Assembly: GCA_036005065.1 (NCBI GenBank)
Contig: DASYQW010000033.1
Coordinates: forward strand, 21,989-85,988
Source: Candidatus Methylomirabilota bacterium
Lineage (GTDB): Bacteria; Methylomirabilota; Methylomirabilia; Rokubacteriales; DASRDR01
Length of the DNA stretch: 64,000 nt
Direction: 5' to 3'
Positions within the stretch are counted from its first letter, which is position 1. Every line of letters begins with the position of its first letter. Below are positions 54,949-64,000 of the stretch, piece by piece. Both the position numbers and the translations under genes were made by a program. Below the pieces are notes generated by a model. That model was not told the DNA's origin. It ran no database searches and saw only the letters and a program-made list of their open reading frames with translations.

Positions 54949-56075
54949 GCCAGCGCCTCCGAGTCGGCATGTACACCACCGTCGGCCCGCGCTGCGGGAT
55001 CGCCGATTACGCGCGAGCCCTGAGCCGGGCACTGGCGGCCCGGGCCGAGGTGGCCACCATCCCGATCCGGCCGGCGAGCCTGAACCCGCTGCGCCCGGTG
55101 GCCGCCGGGCTACGCCTCAGCCGCCGGGACGTCGCGCACATCCAGCACACCTACAGCTTCTTCGGCGTGGATCAGCTCACCTACACGCTCCTGGTGCGCC
55201 TCCTGCTGGCCAGCATCCGGGCTCCACTCGTCCTGACCGCCCACACGGTGCGGGAGCCCGGGCCGAGCCGGTACAACGGCGGCCTCGGCAGCCGGCTGGC
55301 CAACGCCGTCGACGCGCCCGCCTGGCACGACACGGAGACGTTTCGGCGTGCTGACGCCATCATCGTGCACGCGGCCGTCCACCGGGACCGCCTGGTGCGC
55401 CGGGGGCTCGCGCCCGCTCGGATCCACGTGGTTCCGCCGGGGGTGACCCCTCGCGTGGCCGTCGAGCCCGGCGACGTCGCGGGCTTCCGCGCCCGGCTCG
55501 CGGTGCCCTCGGCCCGTCCGATCGTGGGCGTATTCGGATTCCTCGACCGATCGAAGCGGTTCCGGGAACTCCTGGAGGCCGTGGCCGCGCTGCCCGGGGA
55601 TCCGGTGTTGCTGGCGGCCGGAGGCCCGCGGCTCCCGTCACACGACGACGTCCGGCGCGACCTGCTCGCGACGGCCGAGGATCTGGGCATTGGAGACCGC
55701 GTGCGCGTGACGGGCTATCTCGAGCCCGACACGGTCCCGCTCGCGCTGGAAGCGATGGACCTCGTCGTGGTCCCGTACGCGACCGACGAGAGCATGTCCT
55801 ACTCCCTGCACCTGGCCCTGGGCCAAGGCCGCCCGGTCGTCGCCACCGACGTCCCGACGCTCCGGGAGGTGCAGGCGCGCGGCGACTGCCTGGCCCTGGC
55901 TCCGATCGCGGACGCGGCTCGCCTGCAGGAGACGCTCGGCCGGTTGCTGGCGGACCCCGAGGCCCGAGCCCGCCTGGCCGCCGCCGCCCGGGCCTACGCC
56001 GTGCGCGAGGGCATGGAGACGGCGGCAGCCCGGACGTTGCAGGTGTACGCATCGGCCCGAGAGACCCGCCGGTGA
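54945..56075 (+). CDS. Family 4 glycosyltransferase (GT-B, RfaG-like)
   Basis: C-terminal Glycos_transf_1 region with ATGA overlap. Only the C-terminal 376 aa of the 54099..56075 ORF are used. Confidence 0.75.
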   Translation: MSQRLRVGMYTTVGPRCGIADYARALSRALAARAEVATIPIRPASLNPLRPVAAGLRLSRRDVAHIQHTYSFFGVDQLTYTLLVRLLLASIRAPLVLTAHTVREPGPSRYNGGLGSRLANAVDAPAWHDTETFRRADAIIVHAAVHRDRLVRRGLAPARIHVVPPGVTPRVAVEPGDVAGFRARLAVPSARPIVGVFGFLDRSKRFRELLEAVAALPGDPVLLAAGGPRLPSHDDVRRDLLATAEDLGIGDRVRVTGYLEPDTVPLALEAMDLVVVPYATDESMSYSLHLALGQGRPVVATDVPTLREVQARGDCLALAPIADAARLQETLGRLLADPEARARLAAAARAYAVREGMETAAARTLQVYASARETRR

Positions 56076-57625
56076 CGCCCCGGGTCTCCCTCGTCGAGCG
56101 CGCCGGCCCCCCTGCCGATCGCCTCGCGGCCGAGGAGAGGACCATCCTCGGCACCTCGGTCCGGCTCTTCGTATCGGTCTGGCTGGTCTACACCCTCTTT
56201 CTCAACCCCTACCCGGCGTCCCTGGCGTCGAACATGCTGGCCCTGGCGGTCTCGGTGGTGGACCGCGGCAGCGTCGAGCTGCACCTCTACCACGGCCCCG
56301 ACGTGTCCTCGAAGGACGGCCGCTACCTTCCGGGTCTCCCCCCGGGCGGGTCGGTGCCGGCGGCGATTCTCTACGGTCTGCTGCGCCTGTTCATCCCACC
56401 GTTCGCCGTCACCGAGGACCTGGTGACGCTGAACGTCCTCGCCATCCTCCTCATCAGCACCCCGGCGGCCGCTCTGTGCGTCGTCCTCGTCTACCGAGTG
56501 CTCCGCCGCCTGCCGATGCCGGAGTCGGCGCGGCTTCTCACGGTGGGACTCTACGCCTTCGGCACCATGCACTTCGGGTTCGCCACGATCTACGCCAAGG
56601 AATCGATCGTGGCCCTGATCCTGCTCGGCGTGTTCGCCCTCGGCTCGGATGATGCCGCGGCCCGCCGCCTCACCCCGGCCCGGGCGGTCGGGATCGGGCT
56701 CCTTCTCGCCTACGCCGTCGCCACCGCCTATGCGGTCGTCGTGCAGATCGCCGTGCTGGGGCTCTACCTGGCGACGCGCCTGCGGCTCCGGCCGCTGATG
56801 CTGATCGGCGCCGGCCTGGCCGCCGGGATCGTGCCGCTGCTCGTCTATCACCAGGTGACGTACGGGAACCCCTTCGCCAACGCCTACACCTACCGGGGGT
56901 TCGCGACGCCTCAGTACCTCTACGCCCCGGATCCCGGCCGGTTCGTGGAGATCATGCTGGCGCCCAACACGGGGCTCTTGATCTACACCCCGATCGTGGC
57001 CTTGTCGGCCGTCGGTCTCTATCGCGCCTTCCGGAGGGGAATCCATCGCGCCGAGGTCGCCTGCATCGCCGGGATCATCCTCGCCACCTGGATCTTCTAT
57101 GCCGGCTATCGGCTTCCGCTCACCGGCTGGTACGTGCTGCCGAGCGAGGCGCATTTCGCGACCCGCTACCTCCACGTCGCCATGCCCTTCGCCATGATCG
57201 GGGTCGGCCTGGCCTTCCCGTGGGTGCCGGCCGGCCTGACGCGCGCCCTGGGCGCCGCCTCCGTGTTCTTCGCCTACCTGGCGGCCCAGGCCGGGCTGAT
57301 TCCTCAGTGGGAGGTGCGGCTCGTCTACACGATCAAGGTGCTGATCTCCTCCTTCGGGATGGGCATGCTGTTCGGTCAGTTCGTCCCGGAACGCCTGGGC
57401 GTCGAGACCCTGCACACCGTGCTCCGGCGTCCCGACGTCGGCGTGGCCGACCTCCTGGCCGGCCCCACACCTACGCTGATTCACCTGGTCGCGTCCCAGC
57501 TCGTCTTCTTCGGCCTCTTCCTGGCGGCCGCCGCCGTGGTCGGCGTGCTGCTCTGGCTCCTGTGGCGGCCCGCCTTCCGGGCCGGAGGGCCCCTGGCCTC
57601 GTGTGCGGAATCGGCGGCGTCCTGA
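56072..57625 (+). CDS. Polytopic membrane protein (~12 TM), possible GT-C-type glycosyltransferase or polymerase
   Basis: The hydrophobicity pattern is the only evidence. The GTG start overlaps the upstream TGA (GTGA). Confidence 0.5.
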   Translation: MTPRVSLVERAGPPADRLAAEERTILGTSVRLFVSVWLVYTLFLNPYPASLASNMLALAVSVVDRGSVELHLYHGPDVSSKDGRYLPGLPPGGSVPAAILYGLLRLFIPPFAVTEDLVTLNVLAILLISTPAAALCVVLVYRVLRRLPMPESARLLTVGLYAFGTMHFGFATIYAKESIVALILLGVFALGSDDAAARRLTPARAVGIGLLLAYAVATAYAVVVQIAVLGLYLATRLRLRPLMLIGAGLAAGIVPLLVYHQVTYGNPFANAYTYRGFATPQYLYAPDPGRFVEIMLAPNTGLLIYTPIVALSAVGLYRAFRRGIHRAEVACIAGIILATWIFYAGYRLPLTGWYVLPSEAHFATRYLHVAMPFAMIGVGLAFPWVPAGLTRALGAASVFFAYLAAQAGLIPQWEVRLVYTIKVLISSFGMGMLFGQFVPERLGVETLHTVLRRPDVGVADLLAGPTPTLIHLVASQLVFFGLFLAAAAVVGVLLWLLWRPAFRAGGPLASCAESAAS

Positions 57626-59544
57626 GCTACGGGTCCGGCGCGCGCCGGGACGTCGAGGTCGCGGTTCCCCGCATGATCGCCGCCCTGCGCCATCGCGGAC
57701 CCGACGACGAAGGGATCCACCTCGCCGCGGTGCCCGACGCGCGGTCCCCGCGCGGGTGGCTCGGCCTCGGCCATACGCGTCTCCGCATCATCGACCTCTC
57801 GGCCGCCGGGCGCCAGCCGATGGCCAACGAGGACGAGTCCCTCTGGCTCAGCTTCAACGGCGAGATCTACAACTTCGAAGAGCTCCGGCACCAGTGCGAG
57901 CGGCGGGGCCATCGCTTCCGGAGTCGGACCGACTGCGAGGTGCTCCTGCACCTCTACGAAGACGAAGGCGAAGACTTCCTGGCGCGCTGCAACGGCATGT
58001 TCGCCTTCGCCCTGTGGGACGGACGCCGCCAGCGCCTGCTCCTGGCCCGCGACCGTCTGGGGGTCAAGCCGCTCGTGTACGCGATGACGGCAGACGGCAT
58101 CGCCTTCGCCTCGGATGTCCGGGCGTTGCTCCCGGCGCCGGGCGTGAAGCGCGAGATCGCCCCGGCCGCCCTCCTCGACTACCTCACGCTCGGGTACGTG
58201 CTCACGCCGCGCACGATCCTGGCCGGCATCAGGCGGCTCCCGCCCGCGACGCTCCTCGTCTATGAGGACGGCGTCGTGCGCCTGCGGCGCTACTGGGACC
58301 TCGCCGCGTCGTTCCGGACCCCGCGCCCGGCCCCGGAGCGGGACCTCGAGGCGGCGCTGGAGGACCGCCTTCGCGCGGCGACCGGACGCCGGCTGGTCAG
58401 CGACGTGCCGCTCGGCGCCCTGGTGAGCGGCGGACTGGATTCGAGCGCCGTCACGGCCGAGGCCGCCGCCTGCCTCAAGGGTCCGCTCGACACCTTCAGC
58501 ATCAGCTTTCCCGAGCCCGGCTACGACGAGCTCCCCGCCGCCCGGACGGTCGCCGCCCACCTCGGGTGCCCGCATCACTACACGACGGCGCCGGCCGGGG
58601 AGGAGGCGATTCGCGCCGCCCTCGTCGCCGTCCTGGACGAGCCGCTGGGCGATACCTCCCTGGTCCCTCTCTACTCCCTCGCCCGATTCGCCCGCCAGCG
58701 GGTCACGGTGGTGCTGTCGGGGGACGGCGGCGACGAGACGCTGGGGGGCTACGAGACCTACCTCGCCGATCGCGTCTTCGGATGGTACCGCCGGGTGCCG
58801 GGACCGATCCGGCGGACGGTCGGCGCCGCCGCGCGGCACCTGCCGGTCACGAGCCGCAAGGTCGGGGCGACCTACAAGGCCCGCCAGTTCTTCACGGCCC
58901 CCGACGGCGATCCCGACCGGGCCCACTACTGGTGGCGGGTGGTCTTCCCGCCCGCCGACGCGTCAGCCGTGCTCGGCGCCGACCTCCGGGCCGCCGTCGC
59001 CGCTCACGACCCGTTCCACACCTTCGCCGACTATGCCGCCGAGCTGCCCGACGCGCCGCCGCTGGCCCGGGCGCAATACGTGGACATCAAGACCTTCCTG
59101 GCCGACAACATCCTGGTCAAGGTCGACCGGGCGACGATGGCCCACGCGCTGGAAGCCCGCTCGCCCTTCCTCGATTACGAGCTGGTCGAGTTCGCCGCCG
59201 GGCTGCCCGACCGGGCGAAGGTCCGCGGGCTCACCCAGAAGGTGCTGCTCCGGCGCCTCATGCGGGACCGCCTGCCCGCCTCGACGCTCCGCCAGGGGAA
59301 GCGCGGCTTCAACGCCCCGGTCTCGGCCTGGCTCCGAGGCCCGCTGCGGGGCCTGGTGGAGGAGCTCTTGTCGTCCCGCTCGCTCCGGGACGCGGGCCTG
59401 TTCGACCCCGTCCCCGTCGCCGAGCTATGGCGCGCCCACGCTCGCGGCTACACCGATCACGGCCTCAGACTCTGGGCGCTGGTCACGTTCATGCTCTGGT
59501 GGCAGGCGGTCTACGCGAAGCCGGTGGAGATGAGCCATGCTTAG
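57601..59544 (+). CDS. Asparagine synthase (glutamine-hydrolysing), AsnB-like amidotransferase
   Basis: 647-aa product M(GTG)CGIGGVL... with Cys2 nucleophile and PP-loop SGGLDSS. Confidence 0.85.
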   Translation: MCGIGGVLSYGSGARRDVEVAVPRMIAALRHRGPDDEGIHLAAVPDARSPRGWLGLGHTRLRIIDLSAAGRQPMANEDESLWLSFNGEIYNFEELRHQCERRGHRFRSRTDCEVLLHLYEDEGEDFLARCNGMFAFALWDGRRQRLLLARDRLGVKPLVYAMTADGIAFASDVRALLPAPGVKREIAPAALLDYLTLGYVLTPRTILAGIRRLPPATLLVYEDGVVRLRRYWDLAASFRTPRPAPERDLEAALEDRLRAATGRRLVSDVPLGALVSGGLDSSAVTAEAAACLKGPLDTFSISFPEPGYDELPAARTVAAHLGCPHHYTTAPAGEEAIRAALVAVLDEPLGDTSLVPLYSLARFARQRVTVVLSGDGGDETLGGYETYLADRVFGWYRRVPGPIRRTVGAAARHLPVTSRKVGATYKARQFFTAPDGDPDRAHYWWRVVFPPADASAVLGADLRAAVAAHDPFHTFADYAAELPDAPPLARAQYVDIKTFLADNILVKVDRATMAHALEARSPFLDYELVEFAAGLPDRAKVRGLTQKVLLRRLMRDRLPASTLRQGKRGFNAPVSAWLRGPLRGLVEELLSSRSLRDAGLFDPVPVAELWRAHARGYTDHGLRLWALVTFMLWWQAVYAKPVEMSHA

Positions 59545-60394
59545 CGTCGTCATCCCGGCCTTCAACGAGCAGGACGGCATCGGCCAGACCCTCGACGACG
59601 TGCAGGTCGCGCTCCAGGACGCGGGCATCGTGGCCGAAGTGATCGTGGTGGACGACGGCTCGACGGACCAGACCGGCGCCATCGCGACCGCCCACGGCGC
59701 GACTGTGATCCGGCATCCCATCAACGTCGGCTACGGCCGTTCGTTGAAGGACGGCATCCTGCAGGCCCGCTACGATCTGATCGCCATCGCCGACGCCGAC
59801 TGCTCGTACCCCGTGCACGAGCTCCCCCGCCTCCTGAAGGCGGGCGAAGGCTTCGACATGGTGGTCGGGGCCCGGACCGGGCCCACCTATCGGGGGAGCT
59901 TCCTGAGGTTCCCGGCCCGGAAGCTGTTCCAGTGGCTGGTCGAGTTCAGCGTGGGCCAGCGGATTCCCGACGTGAACTCCGGGCTCCGGATCATGCGGAA
60001 GGACGTGGTCCTGCGCTTCTTCGACACCTTGAGCAACGGCTTCTCCTTCACGACCACGCTGACCATGGCGATGCTCCTGAACGCCTACTTCGTGACCTTC
60101 GTCCCGGTCGCCTACTTTCCCCGGCGGGGGCGCTCCAAGATCCGCGTCGTCCGCGACACCCTCCGGATGGCGCAGATCATCATCGAGGCGATCCTCTACC
60201 ACAACCCGATCAAGGTCTTCCTCATCCCGACGGGCGTCCTGGCCCTGGTCGGGCTGGCCGTCGGCGCCTACGCGCCGTTCTCGGGCCACGGCGTCTTTCT
60301 CGGCGGCGTGGCGGTCGCGTCGCTCCTGACGGCCAGCGTGATCTTCGCCATCGGGCTCCTGGCCGACCTCCTCCGGCGGATCATGCAGAAATGA
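59537..60394 (+). CDS. GT2 polyprenyl-phosphate glycosyltransferase (DPM1/ArnC-like) with C-terminal TM helices
   Basis: LSVVIPAFNEQDGIG...VVDDGSTDQT...IADADCS. Confidence 0.8.
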   Translation: MLSVVIPAFNEQDGIGQTLDDVQVALQDAGIVAEVIVVDDGSTDQTGAIATAHGATVIRHPINVGYGRSLKDGILQARYDLIAIADADCSYPVHELPRLLKAGEGFDMVVGARTGPTYRGSFLRFPARKLFQWLVEFSVGQRIPDVNSGLRIMRKDVVLRFFDTLSNGFSFTTTLTMAMLLNAYFVTFVPVAYFPRRGRSKIRVVRDTLRMAQIIIEAILYHNPIKVFLIPTGVLALVGLAVGAYAPFSGHGVFLGGVAVASLLTASVIFAIGLLADLLRRIMQK

Positions 60395-60428
60395 CAGGCC
60401 GTGAACCGGTGCCTCTGAGGATCCCCGC

Positions 60429-61592
60429 GTGCGATTCGCCCTGGTGACCGCCGACTACCAGCCCGCGGCCGTGGCCTGCGGCGTCGGGGACTACACGCGG
60501 TGCCTGCGCCGGGCCCTGGAGGAGCTCGGCCATCCGTGTCTGGTGCTGACCTCGGCCCGGAGCCATAGCGGCGAGCCCGACGTCCAGCGCCTGGCCGGCC
60601 GCTGGGGCCCCCGCGAGACCCTGGCGGCCTGGCGTGCGCTCCGCCGGTGGCGGCCCGATGTCGTGAGCCTGCAGTACACGCCGGACCTCTACGGCTACGG
60701 CGTCGCGTTCAAGCTGCTCCCGCTGCTGCTCCGGTGGACGCGCGGGAGCCCGCGCGTCGTGACGACCTTCCACACGCTCGTCGGAGGGCGCCGGGTCAGC
60801 GGGCCCTACGCGGCGCTCCTGGCCGCCAGCAGCCACGGGGTGGTCAGCACCAACGCCGAGCTGACCGAGCTGTTCCGGCGGCGTCTCCCCTGGTGGAAGG
60901 GCAAGCTCCGGGAGATCCCGATCGGCGCGAGCATCCCGGAGCCGCGGGTGGACCGATCGTCGGCCAGGCGGTCGCTGCGCGAGCGCCTCGGCCAGAACGC
61001 CGACGCGACGGTTCTGGGCGCGTTCGGGTTCCCGGCGCCGGGCAAGGGGCTGGAGACGCTCGTCCAGGCGATGGCCGCCCTCAACGAGTCGTCGGAAGTC
61101 CACCTGGCCGTGATCGGCGAGACGCGGCCGGGAGACCGCGCGCACCGAGCCATGCTGGACCGGCGCGCCCGCGACCTCCGGGTGGACGGACGGATCCACT
61201 GGCTCGGGCGGCTGCCCGAGCAGGAGGTCTCCGATCTGCTCCTCGGCGCCGACGCCTACGTCGTCCCTTATGACGACGGCGCCTCCCTCCGGCGCGGCAC
61301 GCTGATCGCCGGCTTCCGCGTCGGCGTCCCGATCGTCACGACGCCTCCGCGGTACCCCGACCCGGCGCTCAGTCCCGGGGAGACGATCCTCACGGTGCCC
61401 CCCCGGTCGCCCGGCGCGCTGGCGGCGGAGATCCGTCGTCTGCTCACCGACCCCCATCTCCAGGAGCGGCTGCGGAAAGGGTCCGCCGCGGCGGCCGCCC
61501 GGTTCGAGTGGCCGGCGATCGCGGCCGACTACGTCGCCGTCGGCGAGCGGCTGAGGGGGAAGGAAGACCGCGTGCGGTCGGAGCGGACATGA
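60429..61592 (+). CDS. Family 4 glycosyltransferase
   Basis: GT-B fold. It starts with GTG. Confidence 0.7.
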   Translation: MRFALVTADYQPAAVACGVGDYTRCLRRALEELGHPCLVLTSARSHSGEPDVQRLAGRWGPRETLAAWRALRRWRPDVVSLQYTPDLYGYGVAFKLLPLLLRWTRGSPRVVTTFHTLVGGRRVSGPYAALLAASSHGVVSTNAELTELFRRRLPWWKGKLREIPIGASIPEPRVDRSSARRSLRERLGQNADATVLGAFGFPAPGKGLETLVQAMAALNESSEVHLAVIGETRPGDRAHRAMLDRRARDLRVDGRIHWLGRLPEQEVSDLLLGADAYVVPYDDGASLRRGTLIAGFRVGVPIVTTPPRYPDPALSPGETILTVPPRSPGALAAEIRRLLTDPHLQERLRKGSAAAAARFEWPAIAADYVAVGERLRGKEDRVRSERT

Positions 61593-62791
61593 GGATTCTG
61601 GTCCTGAGCCCGACGTTCCTGCCGGTCGTGGGCGGCGCCGAGCTGATCCTCCTCGAGGTCTACCGGCGGCTGGCGCGTCGGCACGACGTCCACCTCCTCA
61701 CCCCGTTCCTGGACTCGGAGCTCCTCCGGCAGCAGGCATCCGACGACTACGAGGCCCTCGTCTCGTTTCCCGTGGAGCGCTACCGGGACCGGCTCTCCTT
61801 CATGCGGGTGCGCGGGCACCGCTGGACGGCCGGCGCGATTCCGCCCTTCTCCCTGTCGGCCGTCGCCGCCGCGCGCGACGCCGTCCGCCGGCTTCGCCCC
61901 GACGTGCTGAACGTGCATTACGTCATGCCCACGGGGCTGGCCGGGGTCGTGGCCGATCGGGTCCTGGGGGTGCCGACGGTCATGACCCTCAACGGCCGCG
62001 ACGTGCCGGGGCCGGGGGTCCCGGTCCTGTGGCGATGGTGGCAGCGCGCCGTCCTGGCGCTCGTCACCGACGCGACCTACGGGTCCGCCTACTGCCGCAC
62101 GGCGGTCTATCGGGGCGCGCCCGGACGCGGCGAAGTCGTCTACAACGGCGTCGAGATTCCACCCCCGCCGGGCGATGGCGGCGCCGTCCGCCAGTCCCTG
62201 GCCATTCCCGACGGCGAGCCGCTCATCTTCGCCCTCCAGCGACTCGCGCCCGAGAAGCGCGCGGATGTCCTGCTCCAGGCCCTGCGGCGCTGCCTCGACA
62301 CCGCGGGAACGGGCACGCTCGTCATCGGCGGCAAGGGGCCCGAGGAGGCCCGGCTGCGCGCCCTGGTCGGGGAGCTCGGCATCGACAAGCACGTCCGCTT
62401 CGCCGGATACATCCCGCGCGCGATGCTCCCGTCCTTCTTCACGGCCTGCGATCTGTTCGCCTTCCACTCGACGTTCGAGACCTTCGGCGTCGTCGTGGCC
62501 CAGGCGATGAGCTACGGGCGCGCCGTCGTCACCGTGCGGAACACCGCCCTCCCGGAGATCGTGGGGGAGGCCGGGCTGCTGGTGGAGACGGGCGACTGGC
62601 GAGGGTTGGGCGACGCCCTGGCGCGCCTCGTCCGCGATGAGGCCCTGCGATCCCGCCTCGGCCAGGCCGGGCGCGCCCGCGCCGAGCGGCTGTTCGACTG
62701 GGACCGCATCGCCGAGGCCTACGAGGCGGTGCTGAGCCACGCGGCCCGCCGAACCCCGCAGCGGCGCGAGGCCCTCGGCCATGGCCATTAG
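61589..62791 (+). CDS. Family 4 glycosyltransferase
   Basis: MRILVLSPTFLPVVGGAE..., ATGA overlap, Glycos_transf_1 C-terminus (FETFGVVVAQAMSYGRAVV). Confidence 0.8.
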   Translation: MRILVLSPTFLPVVGGAELILLEVYRRLARRHDVHLLTPFLDSELLRQQASDDYEALVSFPVERYRDRLSFMRVRGHRWTAGAIPPFSLSAVAAARDAVRRLRPDVLNVHYVMPTGLAGVVADRVLGVPTVMTLNGRDVPGPGVPVLWRWWQRAVLALVTDATYGSAYCRTAVYRGAPGRGEVVYNGVEIPPPPGDGGAVRQSLAIPDGEPLIFALQRLAPEKRADVLLQALRRCLDTAGTGTLVIGGKGPEEARLRALVGELGIDKHVRFAGYIPRAMLPSFFTACDLFAFHSTFETFGVVVAQAMSYGRAVVTVRNTALPEIVGEAGLLVETGDWRGLGDALARLVRDEALRSRLGQAGRARAERLFDWDRIAEAYEAVLSHAARRTPQRREALGHGH

Positions 62792-63923
62792 GGTCCTCTA
62801 CGCGCACCACGTGGATCAGATGAGCGGGGCCGAGCAGAGCCTGCGCCTCCTCCTCCGGCACCTGGACCCTGGCCGGGTCGTCCCCGTCTTCGCCGGGCCG
62901 GCGGCGGGGCCGTTCCCGGACGCCCTGGTCCGCGAAGGGATCCCGGTGCTGGCCGTTCCCTTCGGGCCGCTCCGCGACCTCGGCGGCGTGGTCCGCTCGG
63001 TGCGCGCGGTGTGCCGGGTGATCCGCCGGCACCGCATCGACTTGGTGCACGGGAACGGGCCTCGCACCAACGTCGTGGCCGGGCTCGCCGCCCGGTGGAC
63101 CGGCATCCCCGCGATCTGGCATGTCCGCAACCTTCTGTACGGGCGGATGCGGGACGTGGACCGGATGCTGGCCGCGCTCCCGTCGGCCATCATCTGCAAC
63201 TCGGATGCGATCCGCGAGCGCTTCCGCGGCAGCCGGGCGTGGCGGAAGACGGTCACCATCCTCAACGCGGTGGACACCCGCCAGTTCAACCCCGCCGTCC
63301 CCCGGGAGCCGTTCCGCCGCGAGCTCGGGATCGCCGACGGAGAGCCGGCCATCGGCATCGTCGGGCGCATCGGCCTGGGCAAGGGACACACCCAGTTCGT
63401 CGAGGCGGCGATCCGGCTCGTGCAGGCGGGTTCCCCCGGACAGTTCCTCGTCGTGGGCGAGCCGCTCTTCGCAGAGGACGCGTGGCGGGCGGAGGCCCTC
63501 CAGGCCCGGATCAAAGACGCGCGCCTCGAAGATCGGATCCGACTCACCGGACCGCGTCGCGACATCCCGCTCGTGATGCGCGGCCTGGACATCCTGGTCC
63601 TGGCCTCGGACGCCGAGCCGTGCGGCCGGGTCCTGTTCGAGGCCATGGCCTCCGGCACGGCGATCGTGGCCACCAACACCGGGGGCACGCCCGAGATCGT
63701 CCGAGACGGGCGCGAGGGCATTCTCGTCCCCCCCCGCGACCCGGGCAGCCTCGCCCGCGCCGTCGACCGCCTCATCGCCGACCCGGACCTCCGGGCGAGT
63801 CTGGGGCGGGGCGGCGCCGAGAGGGCCCGGCAGGCGTTCACGGTGGAGCAGCACGTCGCCCGCACGCTCGAGGTCTACACCCGGGTCCTGGGCGGCGCCC
63901 CGCCGGCGGCCGGCGCTCCATGA
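62781..63923 (+). CDS. Family 4 glycosyltransferase
   Basis: ...EPCGRVLFEAMASGTAIVATNTGGTPEIV... It overlaps the upstream gene by 11 nt. Confidence 0.8.
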   Translation: MAIRVLYAHHVDQMSGAEQSLRLLLRHLDPGRVVPVFAGPAAGPFPDALVREGIPVLAVPFGPLRDLGGVVRSVRAVCRVIRRHRIDLVHGNGPRTNVVAGLAARWTGIPAIWHVRNLLYGRMRDVDRMLAALPSAIICNSDAIRERFRGSRAWRKTVTILNAVDTRQFNPAVPREPFRRELGIADGEPAIGIVGRIGLGKGHTQFVEAAIRLVQAGSPGQFLVVGEPLFAEDAWRAEALQARIKDARLEDRIRLTGPRRDIPLVMRGLDILVLASDAEPCGRVLFEAMASGTAIVATNTGGTPEIVRDGREGILVPPRDPGSLARAVDRLIADPDLRASLGRGGAERARQAFTVEQHVARTLEVYTRVLGGAPPAAGAP

Positions 63924-64000
63924 CGGGCGGCGACGTCTCCGTCGTCATCGTGAGCTGGAACACCCGAGAGTATCTGGGCCGGTGCCTGGCGGCCATCCCG
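63920..64000 (+). CDS. Family 2 glycosyltransferase, 5'-partial (runs off window end)
   Basis: MTGGDVSVVIVSWNTREYLGRCLAAIP. The ATG overlaps the upstream TGA (ATGA). Confidence 0.6.
   Translation, partial: MTGGDVSVVIVSWNTREYLGRCLAAIP

Noticed and set aside
54099-56075. 658-aa + ORF and 57220..59544 774-aa + ORF
   Set aside because: The N-terminal portions are alt-frame readthrough over the upstream GT2 and membrane-protein genes. The real starts are the internal ATG (54945) and GTG (57601).

Overview
This is a 64 kb, ~70% GC, gene-dense window from a Gram-negative-type genome (periplasmic alpha-2-macroglobulin/PBP1C pair, Wza/Wzc export machinery). I found no rRNA, tRNA, CRISPR array, transposase or integrase. 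The ORF track renders GTG and TTG starts as M and reports the longest possible ORFs, so I re-derived start codons from RBS context and family N-termini. High GC also produces many spurious antisense ORFs, which I ignored.

Gene layout:
- 1-7710, minus strand: one long operon. It encodes a 4x[4Fe-4S] ferredoxin (AorA-like), an FAD/NAD oxidoreductase (AorC-like), a tungsten-type aldehyde:ferredoxin oxidoreductase (AorB-like), a MoaD/ThiS-like protein with a C-terminal extension, a DapA-family lyase, and a NitT/TauT-type ABC importer (permease, binding protein, ATPase).
- 7872-22570, minus strand: secreted alpha/beta hydrolase, Gfo/Idh/MocA oxidoreductase, CHASE3 hybrid histidine kinase, degenerate HD-GYP-like protein, PBP1C and a thioester (CLEQ) alpha-2-macroglobulin.
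- 22679-28833: DGPF/YCII protein plus ECF sigma factor, TPMT-like methyltransferase, and the conserved tesA / ybbA-ybbP divergent set.
- 28910-37297: a patchwork of small genes. These include a holin-like DUF360 protein, a DedA-rhodanese fusion interrupted by an in-frame TGA, a tandem YciI protein, an EamA transporter, PaaI thioesterase, FAH hydrolase, TerC, a cupin, and a multi-TM PDZ-GAF class III nucleotide cyclase.
- 37486-42542: LLM x2, DoxX, a second Gfo/Idh/MocA paralog and an aldehyde dehydrogenase.
- 43031-64000, plus strand: a Wzx/Wzy-type polysaccharide locus. It encodes a CheY-like regulator, an ExeA-like ATPase, a second degenerate HD-GYP paralog, Wza, Wzc, a Wzy-like polymerase, Wzx, three tandem SAM methyltransferases, AsnB-like amidotransferase and about seven glycosyltransferases.

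Observations I would follow up:
- A structured ~80-nt intergenic repeat present in three or more copies (686-762, 30907-30984, 34751-34828). One copy sits on the RBS of the ABC ATPase gene.
- A TGA two codons after the rhodanese catalytic Cys, followed in frame by an intact rhodanese remainder and a hairpin. This could be a Sec/recoding event, a pseudogene or a sequencing error.
- The unusual aldehyde-oxidoreductase, aldolase and importer module, with a MoaD-like protein carrying a post-GG extension.
- Two paralogous catalytically degenerate HD-GYP-like proteins.
- A 26-codon ORF translationally coupled on both sides between the FAH hydrolase and PaaI genes.
- Triple methyltransferases and a Wzc with a C-terminal TM extension in the polysaccharide locus.
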